Position numbers and translations under genes: made by a program | The notes under the pieces: model-generated | What the model was told of the DNA's origin: nothing | What the model saw: only the letters and a program-made list of their open reading frames with translations | Database searches by the model: none | Shown here: one piece after another, positions 24,301 through 26,922 of the stretch | How positions within the stretch are numbered: position 1 is the stretch's first letter | Layout of the letters: each line of letters starts with the position of its first letter | Virus record (IMG/VR): IMGVR_UViG_3300020045_006138 | Location: 1-26,922 of that record | DNA from: a virus | Lineage: Duplodnaviria; Caudoviricetes | Reading direction: 5' to 3' (one strand) | DNA length: 26,922 nucleotides

Positions 24301-24933
24301 TTAAACAACGGTTTCGGGTTGTTTTTCGGCAACGGTGTTATTTAGTTTTTCGATTACTGAATTGTTTGAAGGCATTTCAGTATAGCCAACATCCTGCACT
24401 TCATCTTGTGATTGCATTCCCATAAGCACGTCTGGACAGTGTAAACGTCCAAAAAAAGCGGCTGCACGGTATTGTAACATCAGTTCTGGCATAGTTTTCC
24501 ATTTAGATCCACTTTTCGACATCCATCCTTCGGCTGTTGCCATTGCAATTGAACATTCAGGTCCTTCAATTAATGTACCGTCTTGGCGTTTCGTGAACGC
24601 TCTACACGTTTGTTTGTCTTTCGACACATTGAATTGCAATGGCTCTAAAAATCGACCGCAGGAATTGATTAATGCGATAATAAACGAACTTCCCCAACTC
24701 GGTTTTCCGTGGATTACATTCATATTTTGCATAACCATTAAAGGAGACATTCCAACTCGGTTGGACATTTCCAAAGCAACAACGCAGTTTGGCAAATTTC
24801 CTTGGTAAGCCGTTGGAACCATTGTCGATTTTGCCAAAAGTCCTGCCATACGCTGGGCGTGTTCAAATGATTGCGAGGAATCGAATACTGATACTTGGTG
24901 AGTTGTTTGCAAACTCGGTAAATTATTTTCCAT
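24301..24933 (-). CDS. RecT-like single-strand annealing protein (probably extends to 24217 past an in-frame stop)
   Basis: LAKSTMVPTAYQG, SPLMVMQNMNVIHGKPSW, SKWKTMPELMLQYRAAAFFGRLHCPDVLMG; near RecE-like and SSB genes. Confidence 0.85.
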   Translation of the reverse strand: MENNLPSLQTTHQVSVFDSSQSFEHAQRMAGLLAKSTMVPTAYQGNLPNCVVALEMSNRVGMSPLMVMQNMNVIHGKPSWGSSFIIALINSCGRFLEPLQFNVSKDKQTCRAFTKRQDGTLIEGPECSIAMATAEGWMSKSGSKWKTMPELMLQYRAAAFFGRLHCPDVLMGMQSQDEVQDVGYTEMPSNNSVIEKLNNTVAEKQPETVV

Positions 24934-24970
24934 TGATAAGTTTTTTAAATTATTGATTATTTATTTTAGA

Positions 24971-25381
24971 TTAAAACGGTAAATCATCTTCTTCCTCTTC
25001 AAAATTAGCCGCCTGTTGTGTTGGCAACTGATTGAATTGAGAATTAGCTGGTGCTTGTGGATAAGTTGGCTGTGGAGCAGGTGTAGGACTCGCCACGTGC
25101 GTAGGTTGTACACTTGCAATTTTCCAACCTTGAATAGTGTTGAAGTAAACAGTTTCGCCTTGCGGATTTGTCCATTCGCGACCTCTCAAATTAATATCGA
25201 TATTTACTTTTTCGCCAACTTTGAAATTGTTAAGCAAATTACATTTATCCTGGACAAACTGCACCAAAATATGTTGTGGGTATTGTTCGTCAGTTGTGAC
25301 AACACATTCCCGTTTTTGAAAGCCAGAACTGCCAATATCTACAGTTTCTTTGATTTCTTTTAAAGTTCCTTCTATATTCAT
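24971..25381 (-). CDS. DUF3127-family single-stranded DNA-binding protein
   Basis: GFQKRECVVTTDEQYPQ...INLRGREW...YFNTIQGWKI; acidic tail EEEEDDLPF. Confidence 0.9.
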   Translation of the reverse strand: MNIEGTLKEIKETVDIGSSGFQKRECVVTTDEQYPQHILVQFVQDKCNLLNNFKVGEKVNIDINLRGREWTNPQGETVYFNTIQGWKIASVQPTHVASPTPAPQPTYPQAPANSQFNQLPTQQAANFEEEEDDLPF

Positions 25382-25416
25382 AATTATGTACGTTGGTCGC
25401 CACCATTAATTAATAT

Positions 25417-25629
25417 TTATTTTTTAGACAAAGCCTGTTTAATTAGCTTTATTTGAGTCTCAACGGAGAATCCGTTGTTGACGCCAATTTCTAATTCTTC
25501 GGCTAATTTAGATAACGAGATTCCGTTTTCTTCCATAAATTTCAAATAAGATGCCCAATCTTCATTGTCCATCCAACTTTCATAAAAAAGTTCTTTTAAT
25601 AAAATTTCAACTTCTTCTAAATAGCTCAT
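25417..25629 (-). CDS. hypothetical protein (70 aa)
   Basis: Co-oriented ORF filling the gap, A-rich leader. Confidence 0.7.
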   Translation of the reverse strand: MSYLEEVEILLKELFYESWMDNEDWASYLKFMEENGISLSKLAEELEIGVNNGFSVETQIKLIKQALSKK

Positions 25630-25636
25630 AATTTAT

Positions 25637-26437
25637 TTATTTATTAAACGCCCATTCAGGCAATGATACCTCACTTATTTTTTCATCGTAACCCTTCCAA
25701 ATTCCAGTTTTAAGGCATTCAACATACGTTTCACAGTTTCTTATGTATGTATCACGTCCTAACTGCATACTTCGATTGTCAAGGTAATGAATACCGATTT
25801 TGAACGGTTCCGTTTTTTCGATGTTCACAAAAACAAATCCTGCTTTATCTTGCCCAACTGTTTCAAGTCCATCAAGGTAAAACGGTGCTTGCTTATGATA
25901 ATTGTATTCCAGAACGGACTTAATGAAGCCTCTTTGAGTTGCATCTTCGGTTGTTTTTAAGTTAACAATTAACCCAGAGTTACTATCCAGCCAATCAGGA
26001 CGTATCTTGCAATTTGCACCCGTGTTTTGCTCTTGAAATTTGAATGTTTGTTCAGCTAAGCCATTTTCAAACAATAATTTTGCCGTTGGGTGTTTAAGGA
26101 TTGCATCACGCATACGCCTTACATTGTCGTAATCTTCGGGGTCGATTAATACCTGATTATTTTGCTGACACATTTCAGTTAGGTTTTGAAATTCAGCCTT
26201 GCCGATATTTGTCCGTTTGTTTATCGAAGGCATCACGACATAAGTTTTGTCGAAATCGTGTTTTTCAAGAACCGCAGAATGCAAAGCAGTTCCGAAAAGC
26301 ATTGCGGATGTTGTAGGTTTGATTTCTCGATCAGGTCGCAAATAATGCCACCAATAATCCAATGGGCTGGATTCGATCTTGTCTAAACCCGATTTTGAAA
26401 TACTCGAAGTGTCGGAGTGGTATTCTTGGTTAGTCAT
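25637..26437 (-). CDS. PD-(D/E)XK exonuclease, RecE/exonuclease VIII-like (DUF3799)
   Basis: YHSD..ISKSGLD, FGTALHSAVLE, CKIRPDWL...IVNLKT, YHKQAPFYLDG, FVFVNIEKTEPF. Confidence 0.9.
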   Translation of the reverse strand: MTNQEYHSDTSSISKSGLDKIESSPLDYWWHYLRPDREIKPTTSAMLFGTALHSAVLEKHDFDKTYVVMPSINKRTNIGKAEFQNLTEMCQQNNQVLIDPEDYDNVRRMRDAILKHPTAKLLFENGLAEQTFKFQEQNTGANCKIRPDWLDSNSGLIVNLKTTEDATQRGFIKSVLEYNYHKQAPFYLDGLETVGQDKAGFVFVNIEKTEPFKIGIHYLDNRSMQLGRDTYIRNCETYVECLKTGIWKGYDEKISEVSLPEWAFNK

Positions 26438-26921
26438 TGTTGTTAATTATTTTGTAATACTCACGAATAGCAATATAATTTGCATAAATTATTTTAAAAT
26501 CATCTGAATTTCTTTGAGTATCAAAAACATCATCACCTTCAAACCATAAATCCCAATCTTTAATAGATTTCTGTTTGCATCCTATTTTTATTTTATCATC
26601 ACAAATAGAAACGTCCCATTTGCAAAAGATAGGAAGGACTGCACCGCTAAGGACTGCACCGCTAAGGACTGCACCGCTAAGGACTGCACCGCTAAGGACT
26701 ACACCGCTAAGGACTGCACCGCTAAGGACTGCACCGCTAAGGTCTGCATTTCTAAGGTCTGCACCGCTAAGGACTGCACCGCTAAGGTCTGCATTTCTAA
26801 GGTCTGCACCGCTAAGGTCTGCATTTCTAAGGTCTGCAATGCTAAGGTCTGCTCTGCTAACGAATGCACTGCTAAGGTATGCACCGCTAAGGACTGCACC
26901 GGTAAGTTCTGCATTTCTGAC
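26430..26921 (-). CDS. pentapeptide-repeat protein (5'-truncated by window)
   Basis: Frame not in ORF track: (ADLRN/ADLSG/AVLSG)n then LPIFCKWDVSICDDKIKIGCKQKSIKDWDLWF...YYKIINNND-stop at 26430; overlaps the exonuclease start by 8 nt. Confidence 0.9.
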   Translation of the reverse strand, partial: VRNAELTGAVLSGAYLSSAFVSRADLSIADLRNADLSGADLRNADLSGAVLSGADLRNADLSGAVLSGAVLSGVVLSGAVLSGAVLSGAVLSGAVLPIFCKWDVSICDDKIKIGCKQKSIKDWDLWFEGDDVFDTQRNSDDFKIIYANYIAIREYYKIINNND

Positions 26922-26922
26922 G
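26634..26922. repeat. 15-bp tandem repeat, about 19 units
   Basis: Units AAGGACTGCACCGCT / AAGGTCTGCATTTCT and variants, encoding the pentapeptide repeats. Confidence 0.95.

Noticed and set aside
24301-24303. Stop-codon reassignment (alternative genetic code)
   Set aside because: TAA ends most genes in the window, and TAG and TGA are also used as stops; one in-frame TAA fits a point change better.
23641-26386. Plus-strand ORFs over the early genes (23641-24021, 25016-25363 and others)
   Set aside because: Shadow frames opposite recognisable minus-strand genes.
26699-26914. ORF-track 71-aa protein (QSLAV/QTLEM repeats)
   Set aside because: Wrong reading frame of the pentapeptide-repeat gene; the true frame gives ADLSG/AVLSG and runs to 26430.
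26634-26922. CRISPR array
   Set aside because: 15-bp units are contiguous with no unique spacers and encode pentapeptide repeats.

Overview
The window is part of a tailed phage or prophage genome with a contractile (myovirus-type) tail. The host is most likely Bacteroidota/Flavobacteriaceae, inferred from TTTG-N19-TAnnTTTG promoters, A-rich start regions without Shine-Dalgarno motifs, a DUF3127-like SSB and a Q-rule signal peptide. The + strand (1-23.6 kb) is the late region: a 5'-truncated GIY-YIG/NUMOD homing endonuclease, then a lambda-like terminase, gpW, portal, fused protease-capsid, head completion genes, P2/Mu-like sheath, tube, frameshifted chaperone, tape measure, baseplate, fibres, holin-like genes and a GH108 endolysin. 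The - strand (23.7-26.9 kb) is the end of an early operon: pentapeptide-repeat protein, RecE-like exonuclease, SSB, RecT-like annealase and an Nmad5-like protein. The most interesting signals are non-coding or cryptic: (1) two unrelated small genes inserted in the tail operon, each between near-identical 35-bp promoters and 32-33-bp terminators; (2) a candidate ~55-nt sRNA whose 5' end is complementary to the translation-initiation regions of three phage genes; (3) a recurring TATATTTAC promoter-like motif and hairpins sharing a TTAATT loop; (4) a 910-aa fibre-like SGNH esterase with a Sec signal peptide. All family calls are by motif recognition only; no searches were run.
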